Source: a virus
Lineage: Duplodnaviria; Caudoviricetes
DNA: 56,740 nucleotides
Reading direction: 5' to 3' (one strand)
Virus record (IMG/VR): IMGVR_UViG_3300032278_003763
Span: 1-56,740 of that record
This document shows positions 10,476 to 20,211 of the stretch, one piece after another; within the stretch, counting starts at the first letter, position 1; every line of letters begins with the position of its first letter. Below the pieces are notes generated by a model, which saw only the letters and a program-made list of their open reading frames with translations, was not told the origin of the DNA and did no database searches. The position numbers and the translations under genes were made by a program.

Positions 10476-13400
10476 TTATTGATTGTAACTGTAGTCGTAA
10501 TTCGCTGGATTAAATCCAGATTCGTCGATATACCATGTGTAGCCCCAGTCAGTGAACATGGACATGTCTAACAATGGGGCAAGGGCTGGAGCCCCTCCTG
10601 TGGCTATGTTGCTGAAGGTCGCTGATTGATATTTTATGCTGTAGTCATTAGAGGAGGCAACCGCAAACAACGCTTCTTCCAAATAACTATCATCAATTAA
10701 CCTGCCCAAGTGTACGTCAAAGTATCTCTGCGTTTTTAGTAGTCCCCCAAAACCGGCGCCAAACCCAGCAGAGTGATGATTCCATACGCCGGGAATATTT
10801 TCAAAAAGATCGCCTTTTGCTACGTATGCCGGACTATCTTCCTGCGGTCTCCTTGCTAAATTCATCCATGTTTGAACCGTGTGTTTCGGAAATGCTAGAT
10901 TGCCTTGACCATCAAGGCTATCAAACGCCCACTCTCTTGCGAAGAAAAGACTTTTGTTAAGTAATTCTGGATCATTTGTAACAGCGCTATAATCTCCGGG
11001 CCAGCTTTCATATACGCCATTCCACGAATTAAAACCTATCACTGAGTATGGAGCAGGACGACCGGGTTCTCCGGAGGGTGGCAAATTATGTCTGTCAAAA
11101 TAACATCTGAATCTTCTGTATCCGTGAAGCGGCCTCGTAAGTTTTTGCCCCAATATATTGATAGATTCTTCTCCAAACTCATCATATGAACGGATATTTT
11201 CTAGGCCTGAAGACGGGGCGGGTATTCCCGTTTTGAGGCCCGTTAGATTTTGTCCTTCCCACCTATCTAGTTGGTTATCATAATATCTGGTATGTAAATC
11301 CGGCTTATGCCAATAATCTCCATAAGCTCCTGCAGCGCCGGCGAGTTTTTCTCCTTGAGTGAATCTGCAAACAGAACGAGAAAGCCAATAATCATTTGGA
11401 TAAATTGCATAAGTGGGGTTACCGTCCACGGTCTCAAGGCGTTCTACCATTTTGCACGTATAATCATAAAAGCCATCGAAAGCATAATAGTTATTTACGT
11501 CTTTTTTAGTTAGTACCCTAACCATACTTATGCCGTGTCCTTCCCATTGGCCATTTACGTTTAACCTTATCCACCACTGAAAAGGATTCATTCCGTGCGA
11601 GCTGAAGTATTTGCTCGGATAAACACAGACAGCATCGTTTCCGTTTATGTCGGGAGCTGGATTACCTGTGGTGTTACATCCCGGAATAATATCACTTGCC
11701 CCACCGACGCCAGTCGCCGGTCTAGCAAAAGCCACGTATTGTCCTGCGTCATAATTCGCATCCCCATCATCTTTTCTGGCCTTATCAAACTTATCATAAA
11801 ATGATGCCGCCATATAATATTTCATTGTATAATTTATGTCGATAGGCATAGGGTTTCCGTCACCAGCATCAGGATTATTCATTGGCGTGAGCATTAACGG
11901 GTCTGCCCCCACCCATTGGGCTTCATGAGCTTCGAACGGAACTTCTACTATCTGTCTTTGGGCTATTTCAACATCATCAACAATCCCGGCCTTCCTGCCA
12001 GCATGGTCTGGAGTACCATGTTGGCCACCAATAAAATCTCCTGTGTCAAAACCGCTTGCAGACAAATACAGCGTCCCGCCTGCTAGGTCTTTCCAGTAAT
12101 TATTTCTTATATCTAAATATATTAGCCCGTCTGAAGTAATATGTTGCTGCGTACACACTTTGTCCCCCCCAAAACAGCTACCCGGCCTCGTGCCGTGCAT
12201 TACGCGCGGGGTGAGATTAAATCCGGAAGGTCTTGGGTCATGAACTTCTAATATATCGTAGCCGTCGCAAGTCGCTCCGGCAGTATATAGGCAGGATCCG
12301 GTAGACGAATTATTTGGGTAAATTTCTAAAGAATTGGGATCTATCGCCTCTACTACTACGTCATAATGTCTGAAAGGACCGCCTTGGATTTCTTTATTGA
12401 GGTCGAAATGAAAACTGAATTGATTTTCTCCTACTATCCTTGAGAGGCGTACGTCAGTGTGGTTAGGCCCCGCCGTCCAAGGTACGTTAGATGCGCTGGG
12501 TTTACGTATGGTAACTTTATATTCCAAGGGCAAGGTGTATGCCCCTGCGTAAGCGTGGGTTGCTCTCCAAGTAAAATTATGATCCTTGCCTTGGGGGTCC
12601 GCAATAAAATAAGGCTTAGCTCCTGCGCCAGCAGAGCCTTCTTCGCTTTGGTTGCTCTTCAGCCTTAACGAATCAATAACTACGTCTCTTACTGGATAAT
12701 GGTCTTCTACGTCTTCAGAGCTTATTTTGTGATTGCTAGAATATATTCCGACATTGTTTACAGCGTAAGCTAACGCATGATACGTTTTATCGTTATGTCG
12801 TGGTATAAAAGTCCCTGATGAAAAATTGGTATTGTTTGACTTTAAAATCCTGCCTTCTTTAAATTGATCCCGGGGCACGCTCGAGCCCTCTTTGAAGTCT
12901 TCGGTCGAAAACGCAGAGCCTGTTTTTGCCCATACTTGATAATAATAAGTAGTTCCTATAGTGGCGGGAGAAGGTTGTTCTACTTTCCATACTAGCTGTT
13001 TAGTGCTAGAGTCTGACCCGTCTGGCTTCTTAAGAAATTCGTCATATAAATCTAAGCTTACCGGATCGGGGGGCGCAGCAGCACTCGAAGCCGTACTTGG
13101 GCTAGCGGGAGTGAAAACTATCCCCTCGTCTACTGCTGCAAATTTGCCTGAATGGAACTTGGCCGCTTCAACAGCAAACCGGAGAGAGTCTTCGTCTTCT
13201 TTTACGTTTATTATTCTATAATGTTCTGGTTCATAGGAATCCGCTTTTTCTAACGTCCAAACTAGCTGTTCTGGCGCTTGTATGTTCGGCGACACATCTT
13301 CATCACCAGTCACATTAAATAACGATGTATCAAAAGTGCCTTCCGGGTACTTTATGACTGTCCCATATATTGGCCCGTCGGACCCACCACCACCGGGCGC

Positions 13401-15581
13401 AACTGCCGATCCACTGCCTATAATAGTATTATAAACAGAAACGCCAGCAGTATTAGAAGTATGAAACTTGAAAGACTGGACATGGCTCCTTCTTATATCT
13501 GGAATATCAGAAGAATCAAATGGGTCTGCTGGCACCCCCTTAACCAAAGAAGTGTCAAAAAAGTAGCTCGGAGTGGTAAGACTTAGAATGTAGTTAGAGC
13601 TTTCTTCTGCCGCAACCCTATCTAAAAATACACCAGTTACGCCGGCAGATACGGTACGCCCACCTTCTGTGCCCAAGCCTTTATACTTGTCTGCTATTTT
13701 AACTAAGTCCCCGGGCCTGAGAAGCATTCCTTCCCCGCCGCAAGTGAATGAAACCACATCCGTTTCCCAATTGTCCGTATACAATAGCCATCTTCCTAAT
13801 CTTATTGCTTGTCCCCGGCTAGTGCATCCGAATGCCGTGACTTCTTTTTCTCTTATTCCGTATTTTCTTATAGCTTCTGAGTCTTCTACGTATTCTATGG
13901 CTGGCTTATAAAAATTTGTTTTTTCATTATACCTGACTAAGCATACAGACGGCCTTACTTTCTTGGAGGTGGAGCTATAATTGAAATTTCCATCTAACAC
14001 ATTGCCGTTAGTAAATTGTAAGACGGGTTCTCTGGGGCTATCTTGAGTAGCTTGGATAGATCCTACTCCGTAATATAACATGCCCCTAAAAATACTGGCA
14101 AAGTCTTTGAGTACTTTATAAGCTTCTTCTCTAGTGTTGATCAGCACGTTGCAGCTGAATCTAGGCTCGTATCCCCCTTCCCCATTGTCGACTAAAACGT
14201 CACAGTATTGTCCTATTTTATATAGTGTCCACTTATCGACCAATACGTCGGGTACATATTTGCCTAAACCATATCTTTTGTTTGTTATTAAGTCATAAAA
14301 TATCCAAGCGGGGTTGTCTGTCCATTTTAAATCCCAACTTCCATTTTCATTCGTTTGAAAATCTCCCTCCCAAGGAACATATGCGGGTGGATCGCCTGCT
14401 GTCGAGTAGGATCTAGTTTCAGGGTCGTAACCAACTGGGACTTTCACCTTTTGAAGGCGCATGTCAAATGCCCTATTCGGAACCTGACCAAAATAATCAG
14501 ATCTGAATAAACAAGAAACCAAAGAGGAGTTTGGATAAGAAAATCCTTGTTCATAAAATTCAGTTATTGTATCTATGAAACTTTGGTTAGTTATGTTAAA
14601 AGTAATGCTGTCAGCGGTTAATCTTTTTACTCTAATTTCCCAGCCTTTTAGGTGTTCGGTTGTGTCTGCTGTCAGGGAAAAAGAGACAGTGTGCATGTAG
14701 GCTTGACTTAATAATCCTTGTATGCCTAATCTATCGCTCGAGACATCTGTCCATTGGTCGGTGTCTGGTTGAGATCCTAAGGGGTATTCATAAATAGGTC
14801 TATACTCTATGGCAAAATTAAGGTTTGATCCAACTATTTGTCCTTGCTCGTCTTGTTCAAATTCATCTCCATATTTTGTATAGCTTAAAGCTGGAATTCT
14901 GAAGTTTATAGCGAGTTTATTACATTCAGGATTTATAATTCTGTAGACCTTTGGGTAATATACGTTGGCCGAATCGTCTACAACTGAAGCATTTGCGTTT
15001 GGGTCTCTATCCGGTCCGTATAGCCTTTCGCTAATTGTCCTAGTTCTGGAGGGTCTGGACTCTTGGACGTTATTCAAAAACTGGTCATTGGGACCTATAC
15101 CCGAAGCTGCTCCGTCAAAAGTAGAGACCCCAACTTGTTGGTAGTTTAATTGTCCTTTTTCATTAGCTACCGGAGTTTCATTAAAATATACTGATCGTAA
15201 CCAAGGATGGAGCGTAGTGGTTACTCCGTCGCCCGTTTCCCATTCCTGAAAATCCATTGTTCTATAACCAATTTCGCCGATTACCCCAAAGGGCTCATAA
15301 TCTCCGCTAACCAACCCATCTATGGGTCCTTCGGATATTAAATCTAAGGTTTGTATGTTGGTTCTAGAGGTATAGTAGCCCGTAAAATCTACTACTCCGT
15401 CGTCATCTGTGTCAATTGCTCCAGAAACGAGCCCTTCTTCGTAACCACTAGGCCTGTAATTAATCCCGCTCGTGCCGGCCGAGTTCATATTTGTGGAACT
15501 AATTAAATTATCAACAGAATAGGCCGCGTCTTGAATAAACAAGCCGTTGGGCACTACGCTACCATTTATATTCGTTGACAT
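10476..15581 (-). CDS. Tail tip / central tail fibre protein (lambda gpJ-like)
   Basis: 1701 aa with gpJ motifs DLISEGPIDGLV, WTDNPAWIFYDLITNKRYGLG, DKWTLYKIGQYCD, EPRFSCNV, FGCTSRGQAIRLGRW and LRPGDLVKIAD. Confidence 0.93.
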   Translation of the reverse strand: MSTNINGSVVPNGLFIQDAAYSVDNLISSTNMNSAGTSGINYRPSGYEEGLVSGAIDTDDDGVVDFTGYYTSRTNIQTLDLISEGPIDGLVSGDYEPFGVIGEIGYRTMDFQEWETGDGVTTTLHPWLRSVYFNETPVANEKGQLNYQQVGVSTFDGAASGIGPNDQFLNNVQESRPSRTRTISERLYGPDRDPNANASVVDDSANVYYPKVYRIINPECNKLAINFRIPALSYTKYGDEFEQDEQGQIVGSNLNFAIEYRPIYEYPLGSQPDTDQWTDVSSDRLGIQGLLSQAYMHTVSFSLTADTTEHLKGWEIRVKRLTADSITFNITNQSFIDTITEFYEQGFSYPNSSLVSCLFRSDYFGQVPNRAFDMRLQKVKVPVGYDPETRSYSTAGDPPAYVPWEGDFQTNENGSWDLKWTDNPAWIFYDLITNKRYGLGKYVPDVLVDKWTLYKIGQYCDVLVDNGEGGYEPRFSCNVLINTREEAYKVLKDFASIFRGMLYYGVGSIQATQDSPREPVLQFTNGNVLDGNFNYSSTSKKVRPSVCLVRYNEKTNFYKPAIEYVEDSEAIRKYGIREKEVTAFGCTSRGQAIRLGRWLLYTDNWETDVVSFTCGGEGMLLRPGDLVKIADKYKGLGTEGGRTVSAGVTGVFLDRVAAEESSNYILSLTTPSYFFDTSLVKGVPADPFDSSDIPDIRRSHVQSFKFHTSNTAGVSVYNTIIGSGSAVAPGGGGSDGPIYGTVIKYPEGTFDTSLFNVTGDEDVSPNIQAPEQLVWTLEKADSYEPEHYRIINVKEDEDSLRFAVEAAKFHSGKFAAVDEGIVFTPASPSTASSAAAPPDPVSLDLYDEFLKKPDGSDSSTKQLVWKVEQPSPATIGTTYYYQVWAKTGSAFSTEDFKEGSSVPRDQFKEGRILKSNNTNFSSGTFIPRHNDKTYHALAYAVNNVGIYSSNHKISSEDVEDHYPVRDVVIDSLRLKSNQSEEGSAGAGAKPYFIADPQGKDHNFTWRATHAYAGAYTLPLEYKVTIRKPSASNVPWTAGPNHTDVRLSRIVGENQFSFHFDLNKEIQGGPFRHYDVVVEAIDPNSLEIYPNNSSTGSCLYTAGATCDGYDILEVHDPRPSGFNLTPRVMHGTRPGSCFGGDKVCTQQHITSDGLIYLDIRNNYWKDLAGGTLYLSASGFDTGDFIGGQHGTPDHAGRKAGIVDDVEIAQRQIVEVPFEAHEAQWVGADPLMLTPMNNPDAGDGNPMPIDINYTMKYYMAASFYDKFDKARKDDGDANYDAGQYVAFARPATGVGGASDIIPGCNTTGNPAPDINGNDAVCVYPSKYFSSHGMNPFQWWIRLNVNGQWEGHGISMVRVLTKKDVNNYYAFDGFYDYTCKMVERLETVDGNPTYAIYPNDYWLSRSVCRFTQGEKLAGAAGAYGDYWHKPDLHTRYYDNQLDRWEGQNLTGLKTGIPAPSSGLENIRSYDEFGEESINILGQKLTRPLHGYRRFRCYFDRHNLPPSGEPGRPAPYSVIGFNSWNGVYESWPGDYSAVTNDPELLNKSLFFAREWAFDSLDGQGNLAFPKHTVQTWMNLARRPQEDSPAYVAKGDLFENIPGVWNHHSAGFGAGFGGLLKTQRYFDVHLGRLIDDSYLEEALFAVASSNDYSIKYQSATFSNIATGGAPALAPLLDMSMFTDWGYTWYIDESGFNPANYDYSYNQ

Positions 15582-15582
15582 A

Positions 15583-16206
15583 TTATCTTTGCCTACCTGC
15601 GTCTCTTGTTAAAATTTCGTAAACATCATAAGAAGACTGTATTACTTGGCTCCCCACCATTAGTCTACCGTACCCTATGGGAACCGGTCCGCCTTCATTT
15701 AGCACGTTAACGGGACCGCTAAATAAGTAAGAGTTTGCCAACGTTGCTGGGTCAGAATTGGGATTGATTATCTGGCGTTGATCTGGTCTAGTTGGTGGTT
15801 CAGAAAGAGAATTTGAAAGAGCGTAACTCAACAAGGTTATTGCCATCAAAGTGGTGGTTGGGGTCGCCCCGAATATGAAGAACGCTGCGCTAGCTAAGAA
15901 CGCAAAGACTGATCCTTCAAATTCAGGTACGATATCTATGCTTTCCAAGTTGCTCATTTTTAAAAAGACAGCATTATCTTGAGATCTGTCGTCTTCTATC
16001 TCGAATTCTTTTTTATTTATTAAGATGCCAAATTTCATTCTCTTTCTATCGAAATCATAAAAGGTCTTATTCAGTTTCTGATCCGTCAGAGTATTGATAG
16101 CGTGTAGCGCCTCGCTAATGCTAGAAACGCACAGGTTCCATTCTCTCTTTCCCATTTTTTCTCCTAGCGCCCCGTGGAGAGTTACTTTTACTTTTGTTTC
16201 TTGCAT
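15583..16206 (-). CDS. Tail assembly protein I (lambda gpI-like)
   Basis: Ubiquitin-like N-terminus (VTLHGALGEKMG...EALHAI) and C-terminal SYLFSGPVN...GGPVPIGYGRLMVGSQVI. Lies between the K and J genes. Confidence 0.9.
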   Translation of the reverse strand: MQETKVKVTLHGALGEKMGKREWNLCVSSISEALHAINTLTDQKLNKTFYDFDRKRMKFGILINKKEFEIEDDRSQDNAVFLKMSNLESIDIVPEFEGSVFAFLASAAFFIFGATPTTTLMAITLLSYALSNSLSEPPTRPDQRQIINPNSDPATLANSYLFSGPVNVLNEGGPVPIGYGRLMVGSQVIQSSYDVYEILTRDAGRQR

Positions 16207-16565
16207 TTTGGTCTGTACTCTTTAAATTGATCTGTTTCTATATGATATAATATAGCGTCTATTTTTTGCTCGTTGCTTACCGCTTTGTCTGCCTCAGAGA
16301 ACTCTGGTTCTCCTTGCGGGTGAGAATGGTAAACTGCGAATATCTTACCTACGGAAGTGGCAATAAGATATTCCTCCGCGGATATTTTATAAAAATTTGC
16401 TTTATCTTCTGCTGAATTATGGCACTTAAAAACTTCGACGTCGTGGTCGCTGTTTAACAATACGAGGCCACAACATTCAAACGGCAGTTCTTCTAAGGCG
16501 TGGTGCCTTATTATGTGCTGAAGCTTCTTGGTCTGCTCTAGCTGAAATTCATTTGTTGTTATCAT
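16188..16565 (-). CDS. Tail assembly protein K-like JAB/MPN metalloprotease (no NlpC/P60 domain)
   Basis: ECCG and YHSHP...FSEAD JAMM motifs; only 125 aa. Confidence 0.88.
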   Translation of the reverse strand: MITTNEFQLEQTKKLQHIIRHHALEELPFECCGLVLLNSDHDVEVFKCHNSAEDKANFYKISAEEYLIATSVGKIFAVYHSHPQGEPEFSEADKAVSNEQKIDAILYHIETDQFKEYRPKCKKQK

Positions 16566-17761
16566 AATACAGATATTTTTGTATTGGTTCCCGGAAAACC
16601 CCCGAAAGGCAGATATTCGTGTGCCGCCTCTCTATCGTCGGTGCCACAGGTTGCGTTTGTGCACCTCTTGGCTGTCCCAGTACTCCCCCATCTTAGCTCG
16701 CACCCTGCTAAAGTTTTCGAGCATTGATCGGGTTCCCAATACCTTCCGTTTGGGGGCGCAAAAGCTGGAGGCACATAGTTTACGTTGGAGTCTTCAGAGT
16801 CTCCTTTGCATACAAAATAATATTTAATATCATTTTTTGTGATAAATACTACGTCGCCTATCACATACGGATTTGAAGGTGACTCCGTCCCTCTAGTTCT
16901 ATCATATTCGCCTTCGAATGTCGAATTTAAAACTCTTCCTACCGCTGCTGGATCATAAGAAGAATCAAGATCTTCTGAAAAAACCTCTGCGATGGTTTTA
17001 TTGTCCGCATTGGCTACTGGCGGAGCAAAATCTGGCAAATGCTCGTCTTCTCCGAAAATGTTTTTCTGGTCATCTCCATCTGTCGGCCCCCCAGTATAAG
17101 CCTTGTGCTCATAACAGCAGCCTTCTCCTCTATACGTCCAAGGACATCTGGTTGATAAGACTAATCTCCCGGGCAATTGAAGATTCTCTAAGTCAATCAT
17201 GCTTGAAAGTTCAAATTGGATTGTGTTTTTATTTTCTACCGATTTTCTTTCTATAAAGTAAATGTCTCTAGGAAATTCTGCTAGTATATCCTCCTCTTCG
17301 CCCACGTTTTCCATATTGTCGTTATCGCCTTTGTCTAAAAATCTAGCAAATGTTCTGATCCTAGTCACCTTCGCTCCGACTAAATGATTAAGCTCTCTGA
17401 ATGCTTCTTTTAAAAGAGTAAGCGCGTTTTCTCCCGCGTGTTGTTCCATGCCTTCTTGCGAGGTTATCGTCAATAATGGTTGTGGCAAAGCTCCTCCGCC
17501 AGCATATTCAAAGTTGTTAGCGGTAATCGGTGACGAATAATAAGTTTTTCCTTGAAATTTCAACTCTTGACCCTTGAGGTTTTCCATGTTATGAAATCTA
17601 AAAGGTATGCTGTAATCGTAATCGGTTGTGCGATTTAACGTAAAGTCTCGAGCTATATCTTTAACGTCTATTTCGTAAAGAGTAATCAGCGCAGAGGGCG
17701 AAAGACTAAGGGCTTCCGTAGACACTCTTTTAAAAGTTTTTTTTGCGTTATCTTTATTCAT
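16562..17761 (-). CDS. Minor tail protein L (lambda gpL-like, Fe-S cysteines)
   Basis: LITLYEID, GAKVTRIRTFARFLD, IQFELSS, LPGR...CPWTYRGEGC, DQCSKTLAGCELRW and LPFGGFPG motifs. Confidence 0.92.
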   Translation of the reverse strand: MNKDNAKKTFKRVSTEALSLSPSALITLYEIDVKDIARDFTLNRTTDYDYSIPFRFHNMENLKGQELKFQGKTYYSSPITANNFEYAGGGALPQPLLTITSQEGMEQHAGENALTLLKEAFRELNHLVGAKVTRIRTFARFLDKGDNDNMENVGEEEDILAEFPRDIYFIERKSVENKNTIQFELSSMIDLENLQLPGRLVLSTRCPWTYRGEGCCYEHKAYTGGPTDGDDQKNIFGEDEHLPDFAPPVANADNKTIAEVFSEDLDSSYDPAAVGRVLNSTFEGEYDRTRGTESPSNPYVIGDVVFITKNDIKYYFVCKGDSEDSNVNYVPPAFAPPNGRYWEPDQCSKTLAGCELRWGSTGTAKRCTNATCGTDDREAAHEYLPFGGFPGTNTKISVL

Positions 17762-18297
17762 TACGGTACCTGTTCAAACCCCGTCGATATATTGTAAGAG
17801 TCATTGAACTCCATGCTCGTTGTCCATTCTCTGCAAATAAATTTTCTTATGTTTTGGTGGGGAGAAGGAGGGACGAAGAAAAAATCATCTACCCCCGCTT
17901 TTGAGTCTAAAAAATGAGAGATAGCCGTGGCTTCTTTCTCGTTTCTTCCGTCAAAATTGAGATTTATATGAAGGAGGTTATTGAAAACTCCATCTTTAAA
18001 TCTTTGTTCGTACCCATCTCCATACTGTATAGATTTCACTTTAGGCTTATTGGCAGAAGACATCCCATAAGAAGGCTTCCAAAAGAAATAGGGTTTTGTC
18101 GAGGTGGGAGGAGCGCTATGAGTACTTAGGGCGGCAGTGATAACCCCTCCCCAGTTAGAAGAAGGATGTTCTGGTTCTACATTTTTGGCTACGTCTCTTA
18201 ACGCGTACCAATAGAAACCTTCGTGTTTCACTATGTCATTTTCGACGAACGGGCCGAGGGTGCTGGTCCAGTCCGGTATGTTGTAAATTGATGCCAT
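17761..18297 (-). CDS. Minor tail protein M (lambda gpM-like) with an N-terminal carbohydrate-binding-like module
   Basis: PKVKSIQYGDGYEQR...FLDSKAG..FFFVPP...FICREW...FEQVP, plus an extra ~50-aa W/Y-rich N-terminal module. Confidence 0.9.
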   Translation of the reverse strand: MASIYNIPDWTSTLGPFVENDIVKHEGFYWYALRDVAKNVEPEHPSSNWGGVITAALSTHSAPPTSTKPYFFWKPSYGMSSANKPKVKSIQYGDGYEQRFKDGVFNNLLHINLNFDGRNEKEATAISHFLDSKAGVDDFFFVPPSPHQNIRKFICREWTTSMEFNDSYNISTGFEQVP

Positions 18298-18326
18298 ATA
18301 CCTTAATCCTTTTGCCTTTTATTTAT

Positions 18327-18364
18327 TTACACTTTGACTGAGGCTTTATCGTAGTGTAATCATT
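18327..18364. promoter_or_regulatory. Back-to-back divergent AGTGTAA motifs (putative phage late promoters)
   Basis: TTACACT at 18327-18333 (AGTGTAA on -) faces the tail operon. AGTGTAATCATT at 18353-18364 faces gene 18418. The same motif recurs at 31706 and 44567. Confidence 0.6.
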
Positions 18365-18417
18365 ATAAAGTTTTTTTATTTTTTTTATAAAAAATAGCTT
18401 TTTAAGGGAAAAAGGAT

Positions 18418-19452
18418 ATGGTTTATAGCTCAAGAAACGTTTCTGTTTTACTAAATAGCACGGGGGTATTCGCTACGGAAGCCTCGGTTAGCTCCGCGTC
18501 TAATATCTCTCCCAATTACCATATAGATAAACGTATCGCTACCGAGTATTACTTGACTGACGGTCCTAATGGTACCCTTTCTTTGTCTTACTTCATGACG
18601 GGAGAAGATCCTCTACTATCCTGTGTTGATAATGAGTTTATTAATATAAGTGGAAATTTCGCTGGTTTATATTTTAACTCAGGAAAATTAACCAGTTATA
18701 GTATTTCTGTGGGCCCAAGCCAAGCTCTAATTGGCCAAGCGGAAGTAGCGTTTTACGAGCAATTAAAGGGCTCTTTTTCTCCCAGAAAAAACGAGATACC
18801 AAATGCCGAGGTTCTTTCTTCTGATAACGTAGGGATAATTTACGACGGTTCTATCGTAGATTCTTCTTCATACGGCGGACACTCCGTTTTAGATTTTTCT
18901 TATGATTGTAAAATTATAGCTGCTCCTCAATACACCGTGCATGACACAGGAACGGACTTGGCGGCGGATAAGATAATCATGGGCAGAAAAGAAGTCGGGT
19001 TCTCTTTTTCAACCCACGAATTGGATATCGATTTACCACCTACAGGTAAAAAAGAAAAATTTGAGATTCAAATACAAGATAACGCTGGAGCACTCAAAGA
19101 GAGCTTGCGAATTAATGGCATGGTAAACGATGAAAATATTTCTGTCGGGGGCGGTGGAGAATTGATGGTTAAAAATGTTTCTATTTCTCAAGGGCACCTT
19201 GGTTTAGATCCTACAATCAGTTCTCTCAATCCTAATGACGGCCCTATCGCCACCTTGGTTACGGGAACCGGAACCAATCTTTCTAACACTAGGGGAGTAG
19301 AATTATCTAATGTTCCTGTCGGCTTCACCGTAAACTCTGATACCGAAGTAGAGTTTACTATACCTGCTGAGCCCAGCGGCATAAGCGGCCCAGTAAGAAT
19401 AATCACTGAGGGCGGCGAAGTTCTATCGACCCAGCTTTTTACTGTAACTTAG
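18418..19452 (+). CDS. Putative tail structural protein with a C-terminal IPT/TIG (Ig-like) domain
   Basis: Beta-rich body and a C-terminal PTISSLNPNDGPIATLVTGTGTNL...FTVNSDTEVEFTIP...SGPVRIIT segment matching the IPT/TIG pattern. Confidence 0.65.
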   Translation: MVYSSRNVSVLLNSTGVFATEASVSSASNISPNYHIDKRIATEYYLTDGPNGTLSLSYFMTGEDPLLSCVDNEFINISGNFAGLYFNSGKLTSYSISVGPSQALIGQAEVAFYEQLKGSFSPRKNEIPNAEVLSSDNVGIIYDGSIVDSSSYGGHSVLDFSYDCKIIAAPQYTVHDTGTDLAADKIIMGRKEVGFSFSTHELDIDLPPTGKKEKFEIQIQDNAGALKESLRINGMVNDENISVGGGGELMVKNVSISQGHLGLDPTISSLNPNDGPIATLVTGTGTNLSNTRGVELSNVPVGFTVNSDTEVEFTIPAEPSGISGPVRIITEGGEVLSTQLFTVT

Positions 19453-20161
19453 TCTTTTTTGTCTTGGCTTTTTTAAGTCTTTCTATCAATTCGAAGACCT
19501 TGATCTTGGGAATGTCGCCAATCGAGCCGAGCCCATTTGCATTATCGTAGCCTTCTTTGACTAGCTTATTTTTAATGATCTCGAAAGATAAACCTTTCTC
19601 CTTCATCAGAGTCATAAGAATAGTTTTGGGGTCAGTTTGGCTTGCTTGGTTCTCTTCAGCAAGGAATTTGACGCTGCCTAACTCTTCCTGAGCAACGATA
19701 TTAATTCTAAGAAAATTTCTAACGCATCTTACGAAGGCTCTATTCTCTGCTATCGGACCAAGAAAATGTTTCGCAAAATCTTTAGTATTGTTTGGAGACG
19801 CGTCTCCGATGGCCGAGAACGTAACGACGTGTCCTTCTGTTTCATAGTTGGGGAGCCAAGTGATCGTACATGTCGCAACCACGTAGTCCGGGGTTGGAGA
19901 AACCACGACGTAAGTAACGTCTGTGTAACCGCGTATTTGAGCTAGCTCTTTAATCCCTCCCAGTAAAATTATAAGCTGGCTATCGCTTAATTTGGAAACG
20001 TCTGTCTCTTTGGTTCTGTCTCTGTTTGGAACGAGGAACTCGGGTTTTACCATTTTCCGCCAGTCGACTAAACCGTCTTCCGTAAAAATATAATCTATAG
20101 ATTTGCTGGTGATAAGACCATTGTCGTCTCTTGCGACTTTATTTACCTTGGTTTTGCTCAT
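19439..20161 (-). CDS. Putative single-strand annealing protein (Rad52/Erf-like)
   Basis: GIKELAQIRG...VVATCTITW...FSAIGDASP...AENRAFVRCVRNFLRI beta-beta-beta-alpha core with a short helical C-terminal domain. Confidence 0.5.
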   Translation of the reverse strand: MSKTKVNKVARDDNGLITSKSIDYIFTEDGLVDWRKMVKPEFLVPNRDRTKETDVSKLSDSQLIILLGGIKELAQIRGYTDVTYVVVSPTPDYVVATCTITWLPNYETEGHVVTFSAIGDASPNNTKDFAKHFLGPIAENRAFVRCVRNFLRINIVAQEELGSVKFLAEENQASQTDPKTILMTLMKEKGLSFEIIKNKLVKEGYDNANGLGSIGDIPKIKVFELIERLKKAKTKKTKLQ

Positions 20162-20167
20162 ATAGAT

Positions 20168-20196
20168 ACGTTACGACAGGTTTATCGTTAGGGCAA
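20168..20196 (-). promoter_or_regulatory. sigma70-type promoter (TTGCCC-17-TAACGT), predicted leaderless transcript
   Basis: -35 at 20196-20191, -10 at 20173-20168, A-rich UP region; ATG 6 nt after the -10. Confidence 0.55.
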
Positions 20197-20211
20197 GCTT
20201 TTTTTAAAAAA

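Noticed and set aside
10476-15581. Diversity-generating retroelement or invertible tail-fibre cassette
   Set aside because: No reverse transcriptase, invertase or template/variable repeat pair is visible in the window.
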